In this document: positions 38,172 to 49,781 of the stretch, in pieces
Position numbering within the stretch: position 1 is the stretch's first letter
Layout of the letters: every line of letters starts with the position of its first letter
Source of the DNA: Piedraia hortae CBS 480.64
Taxonomy: Eukaryota
Reading direction: 5' to 3'
DNA length: 64,000 nt
Assembly (NCBI GenBank): GCA_010093745.1
Contig: MU005957.1
Location: 620,001-684,000 of the forward strand
The notes under the pieces: model-generated
What the model saw: the letters and a program-made list of their open reading frames with translations, nothing else
What the model was told of the DNA's origin: nothing
Database searches by the model: none
Program-made: the position numbers and the translations under genes

Positions 38172-38399
38172 TAGATCTGGATTGACCTGCCTACAGTAAA
38201 CCCCCCTCCCCCATTGGCTTGAGATTGTGAAGGGCTGACCGAACAGCCGATCCTGCATTGTTTTCAACACCTTGGATATGAGAGCGCGTAGCGCGGATCG
38301 TTTGTTTTTCTTATAGTAGCCAGCTTCGAGAATTCTACGCAAAACTTCTTGAATTCGCGGTACTCTCCCGCATGGCGCGTCCGTTCCCCATTTGTCACT

Positions 38400-38960
38400 G
38401 AGACTGGGATCAGTTCTAATACGTGAACATGCAGGTTACATATCCCCTTTCAGTCCAGCCTTGTGTGCGAGCCCAGCGCAGCTTATGGGTCATTTTTCAA
38501 TGCCACTGCTCGAATGCAGTGCTTAGCCCGTCAAATCCAAAATAGTGTAGAGCCGGTGCCCGGCGACTCACTGTATTTCATCGAAGGTGTTAGGCAGCGG
38601 ATGCGCCGCACGCCTGGTAATGGCATTTAGACGACGAAAATCACAACAGACCCTCCAGACGGTGCGGTCGTCTGCCGTTTTAGCCTTCTTGTGGATCAAC
38701 AAGACAGGCAACGCTCTTGCTGGGTACGATCGCACGCCCACTATTCCTTGGCTCACTTTTGTTCCTTTGGCGAGACCGCTGGGGAATATCGTCAAGTATT
38801 TCACCAACTCGTAGATCAGAGCATTTTGCTCCTCGTTTTTGTCGAGCATCTTCTTCAAAAATTCAAATTCCGCTTGCCCAGTATCACCTCAGTTCAGCAG
38901 GCGATGCGCTGGCTCATCCCTTGAACCGTAGGACTATCCTTCTTTTCCCTGGTCGCTGTA
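38400..38960 (-). mobile_element. Ty3/gypsy reverse-transcriptase fragment
   Basis: PVLLIHKK...WRVCCDFRRLNAIT....HPLP. Confidence 0.75.
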
Positions 38961-38971
38961 TCCTTGGATGA

Positions 38972-39450
38972 CTAGGCGATATTTCTGCCCAGCCCCTTGA
39001 CCTCTCTGACCATTCTTGAGTTGAAGATCCTTTCTTTCCCGTGTTTCTTGAAATTGAGTTTCAAGAAGCGGAATATATCCTGTCCCACTAAGTCATTAAC
39101 TCCCTTCATATCTGCCTCTTTGAATTGGGCGCCTGCGGCCGTTATGGGCCTTCTCTGACGCAATGCGTTCTTCTCCTTTCTTGTGACAAAGGTTGTTACA
39201 GCTTTTCGCTCAGCCGTTACATGCATTGGATGATGTTGGGAAAAGCGACTGGGAAAGCGCCAATGTTGTTTGCCGAAAGGGTGCTGGTGTGTCTGGATAG
39301 GTTTTGGGCTGTTGTCATTCATTGCTGGCACTTTTCGATGCTTCGCCAAGCTGACTTCGGCATCTATTAAGTCCAAGACGAGCGGCCTCTGTGGGCCAGT
39401 TGGATCATGTCCGTGGTCGATTTCCAAAGCGTGCACACATCCCAGCGTAA
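38972..39450 (-). mobile_element. Copia-like RT N-terminal fragment
   Basis: F.EAD.K....L.....F....RIFNSRMVREVKG. Confidence 0.55.
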
Positions 39451-40634
39451 GCTAGGTGTAGGGGATCTCGCACGCCCCCTCGTAATTCTTCGGCGGCTCG
39501 CGCTCTTTCTCACTAGCTTGTATGAAGTGATACTATAGGCTGAACACGCTGGGAGTAGATGTAGCGGTTTTTGCTGCCTCCGGACGATCTGCCTGACATT
39601 AAATATGACCAGAAACTTGAGCCGTTGATATCGTGGCTTCAGAGGAGAGCCGAGTTGAAACGTTTGTCCATGGGGCGTGCGCCCCTATTGATCCACTGGA
39701 CGGAGAGCATGGATAAGTCCCTGGGGCCGATGGATGGAGAGCGACAGAGCCGAGGGAGAGTGGCCCGGTGTGACCTTCACTGGGCACGCGTTTGCAACTG
39801 TGCAGCAGACCAAAAGGAGGGAAGGTCGGTGTCCGACAGGGCTCAGAAGGCAACGATGAGACGGCTAGCTTTGAGTTGCTAGCCTTATCGGCTCTCCAGG
39901 GGATTAGAGGTCCTCATTGAACAAGACGTTCTTCAAGTAAGTAGCATTAGCGCCGAGCAAGGTTACAGGCAACGCAGCAGCTACTTAACCGGCCATCAAA
40001 TTCTGCAGTAAACGAGGTTAGCAAGGAAAACTGTGCGCGGCACGTAAATATATTAGCTTGAAAATCCCAGATGTGTACTGCTGCAAGAAGCAAGACAGAC
40101 TTCACAACAATACTATCTATCGGGAAAATTCGACAAGACACACTGTTCTCCTGATATGGGTACCGATCAAGGCTCCGATGGAGCCACGGAAAGAATATTA
40201 TATCTGAAGTACCCGTGGTTGCGGCTCCGGTGGAGAGGGGAAAGTGAGGTTGGTGTTGAGTTTTTTCGCCGCGAAATTTGAATTTCGCACAGTGGACTTT
40301 CGGTCCGTCCCGATGTTTCGATCTGTTCCGAGGGAGGGTATCCCCAACCCCAGCGGCACATGTGATATCATCTTGGTGGTTACTGTGAAAAGAATCAGCC
40401 AGAATAGCTTTGTACCTGTTGAAATACTTACCTGCTTCGGAGACCAAACACCTCGTCAATATCAACCTGCTGGTCAAACAACTACCACCTTTCTCCATCA
40501 TCGTGGCTCACATTCATTGTCTGTGGATCAACTACTTGGCTACTTAGCTAGCTAATATCGCTACTACTTCCTGCACAGACTGGAGAGTAAATATGGCAGC
40601 TATTGAACATGACTGTCAGCTACGTAGCAGGAAC

Positions 40635-42177
40635 CTAGGTACCGTGGCCGGGTTGACTTCGTATGTAGGCAACGCCGTTGGCCGCCAGAGAAGACAGCGG
40701 TCCACGTGGCATAGTCTTTCCATCGATATCGTTAATGTTCAGTTTGAACTCACGGCGTACACGCTTCCACTGTTGCAGGTCGAAAAAGATGAAGATCCCT
40801 TGCTCCGTGGTGTTGTCGATCGGGATGCGTGGTGCACCAGCCGGAATCGTCGGTGCCATATCCACCAAGGCCAGGTTCGGCCCAGTCGCTGTGGCGCTTT
40901 GGCCCGGTGGGGAGTCGCTACGCATCCATTGTCGGAGTACCGTGTGCCATCGCCATTCGCGCCTTTCAAGCTCGCCTGCCGCTCGCTGCTGGGCAACATC
41001 GCGAGGCTGGGAAAAAAAGATGAAGAATAAGGTCTCTTTTGCACGTAAGCAAATGAACACGAGGCCTCAGAGTGAACGTACCGTCGCTGAGTGCATCCAT
41101 CCTCGCCTCTATCGACGGAACATTACCCACACGATAAGCGTTGGGGAGAGTGTAATCCGGAATAGTGTTGCGGCTGGTGTAGTCGAAGGGGTTGGCGGCA
41201 GATTGCGGCGCACCGTAGATATGGAAGGTGGGGAGAATGGGATCGGAAGAAGCCAGATCCTCCATGTTAAGGCTCTCGAGAGATACGCCGGGAAACATGG
41301 CGGATCGGTAGAAGGCGGGGAGGGTTTGGTCGATGTCAGCAATGTTTCCAGCCTCTCGCTGTTCGCGCGCCGCAAAAGCCGCTGTCAGACCAGCCATTCC
41401 GTACTTTTCTCGGTCCGTCATGTCCGCGTAACGTTTAATTGGAGGATTGGGAGCAGTGCGATCGGCACCGTTGGCATTGGATATTGCGTCACGGATCGGG
41501 ATCGTCGTTTGGGGCGATGCGTGCGTGGGATGGCGACCAGCGGCAGTGGCATCGTCCGCATGGCCTTGGCGCGTTGAAGCCGACTTGGACGAGCTGTCAA
41601 CCTGGCCGTCCATGTTCGCGGCGCGTAGATGCCCGTGCTGTTGCGTTTGTTGCGTCTGCTGGCCTAGATTCTGCCTAACTGTGTTGTAGTTGACCTGAGT
41701 GGCCGGATGATTGGTGGGGGGACGAGTTGCACCGCCCAAAGAAGGGAAATCGCTATCACTGAGTAAGCTGAATCCCGGATTATTTGGACCGCGACTTCCA
41801 TGCCCACAATCTCGGGCATTCGCAACCGAATGGTTTGCATGGACATTACAGCCCGCAGCGAATTGTGGCATGTTTGCACAGAAAGTCGGTGGCGCACGAG
41901 TCCGTAGTAGGACAATGTGCGGGCACACGCGACACTGCATAGCAACAGATAGTGACACTTACCTCATGTCTATTTGCCCTTGTCCACCACCCATTATCTG
42001 CGCAAACCCGCTAAGTTGACTCGGCCGAGGAAGAGCACCTCCAAGACCGCCGCCTCCATATCCCAGAGTGCCCCCTGCATTACCTCCCCATCCTCCAGAT
42101 GCATTTGTCAAGCCATTGCTCATTCCCTTGGCATTGTTTTGCAACCGGGGGTGTCGCTGCGGGTATGCCGAGTTCAT
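40635..42177 (-). CDS. NOT2: CCR4-NOT subunit Not2; introns 41759-41962 and 41036-41081
   Basis: QLSGFAQIMGGGQGQIDM-SDSDFPSL, PDYTLPNAYRV.NVP and LSD-ETLFFIFFSQPRD..Q..AA.EL..REWRWH NOT-box. Confidence 0.92.
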
Positions 42178-42533
42178 GTCGTACGAGTTGAAGTCTGTTC
42201 CAGGGCCCACCCAATTACAGATTTATCGTTGAAGTTGACGCGCAAGCACAGAGTTTGAGTGCCTCAAAGTCTGGTAATATAGAGCGGGCCGTGTCTAAGT
42301 GACTTTTGGATCGATGAAGTGCTGACGTTATGCGCTAACGTCGACACTAGCGCGTTCTTGGCGTGACAAGCTGCACGTGACAGTGACAGAATGTATCGGT
42401 AGCTATCAAATAATGACAGTGACAACCGGGAGACTATAAACTGTTAGCTGAGGTATCAGCGTACAGAAAACCCTACTTAGCGACTTCGAGAATGCAGTGC
42501 CTTTATCATGAACAACAGGTGTACAGTATACTC

Positions 42534-42920
42534 TCAGCTAGGTCCACCCAGTCTGTTCTCCATATTTCGTCTGGCAGCCAGTATCATTTCCTCTCTTCGT
42601 TTCTTCAGTCCTTCAGCTCGAACGGCTTTGTCACTGCTCCATCGACTGCGTTGGCGCAGTTGCTCCTCACTCGGCAATGGATCCTTGCCCTTTCCCAACA
42701 CCTTGTCTTGTAGCCCATATCTGGAAATTAGATCTTGCCTTGTCTGATTGATTGTGGCACTAGGAGAGCTTGTTGCTGGAGCTTGTTGCGAAGGACCACC
42801 TTGAGCTCGAGTGTCATCAGCTGGGCCAGAAGGCTTTTGCAAGAACCATCGTATAGCAAAGTAGCTCACTAGAGCAACGGCGATAATTTGTGGGATGTTG
42901 AAACTCGATTGTGATGGCAT
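42534..42920 (-). CDS. Cue1/Cue4-like ER membrane protein, apparently lacking the CUE domain
   Basis: N-terminal TM (IIAVALVSYFAIRWF), DLISRYGL and WSSDK..R...L..RREEMILAARR (Ubc7-binding-region-like). Confidence 0.75.
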   Translation of the reverse strand: MPSQSSFNIPQIIAVALVSYFAIRWFLQKPSGPADDTRAQGGPSQQAPATSSPSATINQTRQDLISRYGLQDKVLGKGKDPLPSEEQLRQRSRWSSDKAVRAEGLKKRREEMILAARRNMENRLGGPS

Positions 42921-43620
42921 TGTGGTTAATCTGCTGAGGCTTGGGTGGCAGTCCGATAGCGATTGCTTGGAGCGCCTCTTGAAATCGCGGTGCAATTCCG
43001 CACTGACCAGCCAAGTCTGCCACTCCACTCCTACCTCAATGCACTCCACCCCACTTCAATCCACTTCGCTTTGTTCAACGCTTCATTGACATTGATCATG
43101 GCCGCTCATATCAGTAGGATACTGTCGGATCTGGACATGGCGCCCCAACCCGGCACGAGATCTGTTCGTTATATCTAGGACCCTCTAGGCCCAAGTGTAT
43201 ACAGGTGCGTGGAGACCAAATTGTGGTGCTGACAGTTCGCTATAAGGAGAGACGATCTGCCGTATCCATTGCCTGCTAGCTCCAAGTTGGACTATCGCTT
43301 TGTTGGTTCGATAAACTACAACGATGAGCAGTTGCAATGGGAACTCGCTTGGCCACAATACCTCTTGAGCTGCAGCGCAGACCTTCAACATGCTCTTCTC
43401 GCCATGCGGTCAATAGACAGACTAAGGCTTCCAGAATCCTCCAGTGCGTCCTTAGTGCGTTACTCCGCTATGTGACGCACTAAACGAACGTGACCTCATC
43501 TCTCTTGTTTTTTTTCTCTCAGCTCCACCGGAATCGCGTTCCATTTTCCACCCGACACTCATTTTCTCCTCCCACCCCTCCTCCTTTCTCCACCTACGAC
43601 AACCACCGGATTAATCAACG

Positions 43621-44326
43621 ATGCCTGACAACAAGCACTCCGTTGTGGCCACGACCGCTGTCAATAGCCAGTACGAACACTGGCGCGATGACGCCTCTCT
43701 GTTGAAGGCTGCCCCGGCTCCTGTCCCTGGCTGGGATACCCATAATGGACTGCGCGCATTCAAGTATTATCCCGCTAAGGCTAAAACGGATGACACGTCT
43801 ACAGTTGCGTCGGTTACTACCAAGGCCGCTACGGTCAAGGCTGACCCCCCAGCTGCTCCCATTAATCCGCAGGATATGGTGATGCCTTATGCTTGCAACC
43901 CCATGATGTCGATGAACTGCATGCCACCCATGTACTATCCTGCTTGCCCTATGCCGGTCGGGTTCTATCCCTACCCTCATGTCCAGGTCCCTGAGCCTGC
44001 TAAGCCGTTCGTGACCTACGTTCCGCCGAAGCCCAATAAATGGCAGGGCCGTACTAAGCGCCAAGTGGCTAAGGATAACATGGAAATCGCCACCCGCGAG
44101 GGCGCTTATGACAAGCGTAAGATTATCCCGGCCGGTGTACCTGATGATCAGATTATGTGGTGTGAGGAACTTGACGGATCCCATACCATTCGGTAAGTTT
44201 ATCAATCTTATCTGCTGTACAAAACTAATATACATGAACAGGACTTTCGGCGATCTGAAGGGAATGAAGGGAACGTGGATGAAAGACCCGCGCTTTAATG
44301 ACTGCTACTTCTTCGTGCGCGAGTAA
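43621..44326 (+). CDS. Conserved fungal hypothetical protein; intron 44193-44241
   Basis: Pro-rich middle region, NKWQGRTK.QV..DN, WCEELDGSHTIR-TF...GTW..DPR....YFFVRE*; canonical intron. Confidence 0.75.
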
Positions 44327-44443
44327 TCGTCATCGTCTTACTCATCATGTCTTCGGTAGAGTAGATTGGCCTCGTAGAGGACCGTCCCTTTTGCCACGAA
44401 AATATTCCCCACCTGCCAACTCCCCACTATCACTGACGTCACC

Positions 44444-45058
44444 ATGATCACTCTAAACACCGTAACCATCGCACTGATAATATTCCTCCTAGGCTTCTTC
44501 CCAACCATCTTCCACAGCCTAATCATAACCCCACTCCTCTCACCCCTCACCTTCCTAGACTGGGCCAACCCACAACCCCCCAAATCCATACCAACCTGTG
44601 CTTGTTGCCCCCCCTCAACCTGCCCCACCATGTCCTGGGTACAAAAGCACATTAACCTCCCCGCGCGAGGCCGAGGCACTTTCCTCATCACCTCCGACAT
44701 CGTCAAATCCATCCCCGAAGTCAAAAACTACGACGTAGGCCTCCTCAATCTCTTCATCCAACACACCTCATGCGCGCTCACCTTGAACGAAAACTGGGAC
44801 AGCGATGTGCGGGAGGACATGTCCGACGCACTTGACCGGCTCGCGCCTGAGGACGAGAGGCTTTACCGCCATAGTGCCGAAGGCAAAGACGATATGCCTG
44901 CGCATATCAAGGCTGCGTTGATTGGGGCGAGCGTTACAGTTCCGATTAGGGATGGGAAGTTGGATACGGGGACTTGGCAGGGGATTTGGTTTTTGGAGTT
45001 TAGAGATGCGAAGCAGGAGAGGAGGGTGGTTGCTACTTTGCAGGGGAAGGTACGTTGA
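44444..45058 (+). CDS. yjbQ: UPF0047/YjbQ family protein (alternative start at 44630)
   Basis: FIQHTSCALTLNENWDSDVR.D, H..EG.DDMPAHIK and GTWQGIWFLEFR. Confidence 0.92.
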   Translation: MITLNTVTIALIIFLLGFFPTIFHSLIITPLLSPLTFLDWANPQPPKSIPTCACCPPSTCPTMSWVQKHINLPARGRGTFLITSDIVKSIPEVKNYDVGLLNLFIQHTSCALTLNENWDSDVREDMSDALDRLAPEDERLYRHSAEGKDDMPAHIKAALIGASVTVPIRDGKLDTGTWQGIWFLEFRDAKQERRVVATLQGKVR

Positions 45059-45074
45059 CGGGTGCATGGGTTAT

Positions 45075-45825
45075 CTACCGCTGTTCGAGGGGTTTCTGGG
45101 TGGAGGATTGGAGGGGTTCAGTGCTGCCTGATGAGCGGATTGTGTGTGATTGGGGGAGGGTGCCCTCTTCGTTAGGATTCTCGAGTGGATAGGTTGTCGA
45201 CGGAAGGTTCTCCAAATGCTTCCTGTGGTGTTCATGTGCCTTTTTCTTTTTGTTAGTGTAGGCATGCTCGCGCAGAGAAAAATACTCACAAAAGGAACCC
45301 CGCAGTAGGTACAAAAGCAAATCTGGGGTTTATCGACATTGATAAAAATGCGAGGATGGCCTAGTGGTCCCCCGCCTCCGTCGCACGACACCACGCGCGA
45401 GTCTGTCCATCGGACGGGTTGTTGGTGGATGAGCTCCATTGCGGACCATGGCAATGGCTGTTTCATCGTCAGCTTCTCATCCTCCCCATAGTGATGTAAC
45501 AACGTACCTGATCAGCCATAATCATCTGCTCAAACCTCGGACCCGTCATGGCCTCATTCCGCGGCCTCTGGTTCGTGCTCCACACATCCTTTCTGTTCGG
45601 CGCCTGCCATGAACGGAGTTCCTCGGCCGTCGCAACGGATTCCTGCAATGGCTTGTCTTTTGCGCCCATGGGCGAGGTCGCCGTATCGTTCGTCGCGGAC
45701 ACGGGCGTCTGCGGAGTTACCGAGGGCGTGTTTGTGGGGACTGGATTGTCGGTCGTCGTACGCGATACGTAGGTGCGGCTGAGCCGTAGACCTGCAGGCC
45801 CGGAGAGGGCGATTCGGCGGAGCAT
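45075..45825 (-). CDS. NDUFS6: NADH:ubiquinone oxidoreductase zinc-finger subunit (NDUFS6/NUMM); introns 45458-45507 and 45240-45289
   Basis: QAPNR..VWS..QRPR..AMTGPRFEQ, VSCDGGGGPLGHPRIFIN and CTYCGVPF. Confidence 0.93.
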
Positions 45826-46004
45826 CGTTGCGATCTGCAATGGAGGGATGCTGCGCGTTGGAGTGAGGTTAATATGCCGAAGTTGGGCCGGATTTAGGAT
45901 TTGGGTTGATCCAACTCTCGAACACGTAATAGCGGGGGACTGGATTTCTTCCCCCGGATAGGGATGCCATGATGAAAAGAATCTATCATTTATACACTCG
46001 TAGT

Positions 46005-49000
46005 CTAACACTCCCACTCGGCAAAAACACACCAACGGGCACTTCTATCCGCCAAAACCAACCCTCGCCAGATTCCCCTCTCCCCAATTTTGATGACCGT
46101 CTCCCAACAACTGCCAAGCCCACCATCCATATCCCTCATTCCCCCGCCCCGGGAACTTAGCTCCTGCTTTCTCGTCAAACGGATAATCTTCTGACTAGGC
46201 GTTTGAATCGCCAGTTTGGCTGGTTTGAGCTGTGCTGCAGTCATTGACTGACCAGCCAAGGAAGGATCGGAATCTGCTAGCGATAGAGTTGCTGAGACCA
46301 TGCTCATAGCACTACCAGGGCGTGGTAAGCCTTCGTTGCTGTAGCTGCTTCCGGGCGCTCCCCATGTATCGGGCGTGAATCGAGATAGTGAAGAGGGGTG
46401 CTGCCGCACGCAAAAGACAAAGGTATTGTTCAGCGTTAGGCGTAGGCACTGAGGCTGTACGACATATAAATCATGGCGTTGTGCGTGCGGCGTTGGATGT
46501 CGGATGTGGAACTCGTAGGGCGGATTCTGGCCTCTGTGGTTGAGAGGCAGGGCCAATGCCAGCGCGTGGGGATTGTCTCTCACACTGTGCATCAATCCAC
46601 GCTTGCCGGCGTAGATCTTTAGCGTTGCTTGGCCTTCGTCGCCAGGGAGGAGAGCCTTGATGGTGAACCGCTTCCGCCCATTGATCCATTCGGGCTGGCA
46701 GAAAGCTCGCTTGTGGACAAGATCTCCGCTTTCAAAGTAATCACCGTCAGCATCTTGGGCAAAAGCGCGCGCCTCAGTCTCTGCAACGCACTCAACGTCT
46801 TCTGGTACGTGTACCTGTAGATGCGCCATCTCAAGGTTCTCCAGGTACAACGCACTGGTATCGAAATCAGCCAGCTCAACACCATGCCTAAAAGCTGCTG
46901 GACAGGCACACGGCAGCATGATCAGGACCTCGTGAGGTACTGGAGGGACCATATGCTGCTGCTCTGGAAGTAGAGGGATATGGGTATAGCAAATGTCTGT
47001 AGGGCGAGCAAGGAAATACCAGTCCTCAGCCACCTGGCTGCTTGCTGAGCTGTACCAGCTTCTCCGTGGGTTCGTAGGACTAGCCAGCGAACAGTCCATG
47101 ATTCTCCATTCGCCATCTACAATCACCGCATTCCACCAGTGATTGGGTCTTGCAACCGCATCCAGATCCAGCACCTCTCCTGGCGCCTTCAAATAACCAT
47201 GGACCTGCTCAGCGTACATGCCAACGGCTCCGCACAGCTCCTGAACGAGCAGTGTGATCTCTTGGCTGCACCCGCGACGGGTTGCAATGACCCTCCGTGT
47301 ATCAACCGGGCCTTCATAATCATCTTCCCAAGTTATCCTCTCTGCAACCCAAGCAAAAATAGCTCGAAGTCGCTGTACATCGCTGCGATGGGGTCGACAA
47401 ATGTAGTTTTGCGCAAGAGCAGGCGCAGAAACCACAGACGGGATACTCTGAATGAAACGCGTGCTCTTGTCGACCAGGGCAAGGCTGGGCGTGTTGAACT
47501 CGGTCGGTTCAGTAACAGCCAAACCATCCAAGCCTTCATCGCCTTCAACAATCTCATGCAGCTGATCTATAGGTCGCATAGTCGGGAGATCAAGCAGCTC
47601 GCATCTTTCGACTCTCTCTTCGCGTTCCCGTTGACTCAGAGAGTTAGACCGATTAATATCCCGACGCACTTGCATCCAGTCACCGCCTCCTCCGCTCACA
47701 GCCGATTCAGGTCGTGAGGCTAGGCCGCCAGCGAAGCCCGTCGGTTCGTTGTGCAGGCTCTTTGTGGGACTGGACGGGCGGCTCCCAATAGTCGATCGAG
47801 CTGTTGCGGCACCAGTCTTAGCTGATTCAATCATCTTTTTGAAAAACCCAGACCTCTTGGGTCGTGGGGAGCCAAATCCACCAGGAGATTGTGCGACTTC
47901 CATCTGGCCCTGCTGATTCCAAGAGTCTGATGCATGACTAGCATGGTAGCTTGGCCCAGAGCCGCCAGCTGTTTCACTGGCGATCACGCTGCGAGCACTT
48001 GAATTGACATCGCTCACCGATTTGGTCTCTGTCGTGCTTCGTGGACGACCTTTCTGACTTCCAAGTCCAAATTTCCGCCGTGCTAGGCTTCCTGCACTAG
48101 TTGCACTGAACCCGCCAGCAGAATGGCCAGACATGATGCTTCGGCTTGTGATTTGGGTGCTGGCGCTGCTTTGCGTAGCGGATGACGATTCGGTGGAGTT
48201 TGTCACATTCGTCTTGGTCGTGCAGGTCCGTCGAAGCTCTGAAATTGATTTGCGGGCCCTGAGCGAACGTTTTTTCTGCGGTATTTGGGGCAGAGGAGCG
48301 GCAGATTCGCTGCTAGAGTAGTTGTGGCTCATTGTATGTCTTCCGGCACCAAAGGCTGGAGTGAATCGGGTGCCTTTCAGTGGGGTGGGAGGTGGCATTT
48401 CTCCAGGTGATGAAGGAGGTCTGTGGAGGCTCTCCATTCGCTGAACGTAGTTGCTCACGGGAGCCATCCTCGGCTGCATCTCGCGAGGGTGCCATTCATT
48501 GACTGTTGGAGGCCTAGGCTGGTGGTAAGAAGGTGTGCGGTTCAAGTCCAGCCCTTCTGGTGACCATGGAGCACTTGTTGGCGACTGAGCTTCATTCGGG
48601 CACACAGTCATGTCTTGTAGAGAAGACATGACATCGTTCATTGCATCACGCAGCGGTGAGGGAGTCATGTGGCTGGCAGCTCCAGGCGACGGCGGCGTAG
48701 GCGTATGGGCACTAGGATTTGACCCTTGCCGAGCCATGGAGGTGGCTCTACTAGCCTGATAGGTGACTCTATGAGCCGGTGGGGGCGGTGGAGGAGGGGA
48801 ATCATCCTCAGCCACCTGGTAAGGCTTATAATCATCCGGATGCCCATAAGCGTTTGAAGGGGCGGGAGAAGGAACCCGCTGGGTGGCATAGGCCTGATAC
48901 TGGCTGGCATTGGCTGGTTGATAGGACGAAGGAGCCGGTGAGGGCGCCCTGGAAGGCGAATATGCCTGATATTGGGTGGTATTTGCTGGTTGGCGTGACG

Positions 49001-49781
49001 CTGGAAGAAGTTGGGGATATGCTGAACCATCATGATACGTGGCAGGAAGCGGTGAGCGCGGCCTGAAATGAGCTTGGGCTGGCGATGGGCCTGGAGACGG
49101 AGCATAGCTCGGCTGGGGTGAAGGCGTATGCAATGTCTGCTGTGGCCGATATTGGTGACCACTCGCTGTCGGCGTAGGTGATGCAGAGATACTGTTCCTC
49201 ATGGAATGATGGCTCGGGGCAATTGAAGGGGCCCTTGAATGCATTCTACGCGGCGGCGGCGCTGGGATACGTGGTTCTTCCGGCTCCTTATTGACAGCAC
49301 CTGGTCGCGCAGAGGCTTGCTTCTTGAGGGTACTCATAGGGGCCTGTGCGGTTTTCATACTGGAGTAAGGTCTGAACTTCGCTCTCTCCCTTCTCACGGC
49401 CTGCTGCCCACTGTCTGACGTTGAGGCTGGGCTTCCTTTGGCATCCAGGCCCTTTGGCCCCAGCTTCTCGTATGCATCGAATGGCTTCCGGAACATGCTC
49501 TTACTCTTCGGAGCGGTCTGTGTCTGAGGCGAGTTGTTGCGACTAATGGGAGCCGGCTGAAAGTTCTCGTCCAGAACCTGCACGAAGTTGGTTGGGAACA
49601 GTCCTATGGCGCGAGGATCCCGTCGCAATCTGCCCATCCACCACAGGCCATCGCCGGCATTCAACGCCTCTATCAGATCTCCCTCTATGAAGCCTAAATC
49701 CTTCTTCGTCTCTCCGCCCCAAGAGTAAGTGGCTCGACACCAACATGGGAAGCGCGTGGGCAACTGTGGAGCGCCCATCAT
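46005..49781 (-). CDS. CYK3: Cytokinesis protein Cyk3 (SH3 plus transglutaminase-like domain)
   Basis: N-terminal SH3 (YSWGGETKKDLGFIEGD..WW.G..GLFP.NFV), NHWWNAVIVDGEWRIMDC and a C-terminal WCVFAEW. Confidence 0.93.
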   Translation of the reverse strand: MMGAPQLPTRFPCWCRATYSWGGETKKDLGFIEGDLIEALNAGDGLWWMGRLRRDPRAIGLFPTNFVQVLDENFQPAPISRNNSPQTQTAPKSKSMFRKPFDAYEKLGPKGLDAKGSPASTSDSGQQAVRRERAKFRPYSSMKTAQAPMSTLKKQASARPGAVNKEPEEPRIPAPPPRRMHSRAPSIAPSHHSMRNSISASPTPTASGHQYRPQQTLHTPSPQPSYAPSPGPSPAQAHFRPRSPLPATYHDGSAYPQLLPASRQPANTTQYQAYSPSRAPSPAPSSYQPANASQYQAYATQRVPSPAPSNAYGHPDDYKPYQVAEDDSPPPPPPPAHRVTYQASRATSMARQGSNPSAHTPTPPSPGAASHMTPSPLRDAMNDVMSSLQDMTVCPNEAQSPTSAPWSPEGLDLNRTPSYHQPRPPTVNEWHPREMQPRMAPVSNYVQRMESLHRPPSSPGEMPPPTPLKGTRFTPAFGAGRHTMSHNYSSSESAAPLPQIPQKKRSLRARKSISELRRTCTTKTNVTNSTESSSATQSSASTQITSRSIMSGHSAGGFSATSAGSLARRKFGLGSQKGRPRSTTETKSVSDVNSSARSVIASETAGGSGPSYHASHASDSWNQQGQMEVAQSPGGFGSPRPKRSGFFKKMIESAKTGAATARSTIGSRPSSPTKSLHNEPTGFAGGLASRPESAVSGGGGDWMQVRRDINRSNSLSQREREERVERCELLDLPTMRPIDQLHEIVEGDEGLDGLAVTEPTEFNTPSLALVDKSTRFIQSIPSVVSAPALAQNYICRPHRSDVQRLRAIFAWVAERITWEDDYEGPVDTRRVIATRRGCSQEITLLVQELCGAVGMYAEQVHGYLKAPGEVLDLDAVARPNHWWNAVIVDGEWRIMDCSLASPTNPRRSWYSSASSQVAEDWYFLARPTDICYTHIPLLPEQQHMVPPVPHEVLIMLPCACPAAFRHGVELADFDTSALYLENLEMAHLQVHVPEDVECVAETEARAFAQDADGDYFESGDLVHKRAFCQPEWINGRKRFTIKALLPGDEGQATLKIYAGKRGLMHSVRDNPHALALALPLNHRGQNPPYEFHIRHPTPHAQRHDLYVVQPQCLRLTLNNTFVFCVRQHPSSLSRFTPDTWGAPGSSYSNEGLPRPGSAMSMVSATLSLADSDPSLAGQSMTAAQLKPAKLAIQTPSQKIIRLTRKQELSSRGGGMRDMDGGLGSCWETVIKIGERGIWRGLVLADRSARWCVFAEWEC

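Noticed and set aside
40678..41577. 299-aa plus-strand ORF and similar long antisense ORFs (e.g. 5681-6316, 4689-5327, 47139-47717)
   Set aside because: Shadows of real genes on the opposite strand with no recognisable motifs.
41759..41962. TPP riboswitch in the NOT2 intron
   Set aside because: The CUGAGA and AUACC/GAAC-GAU consensus elements were not found.
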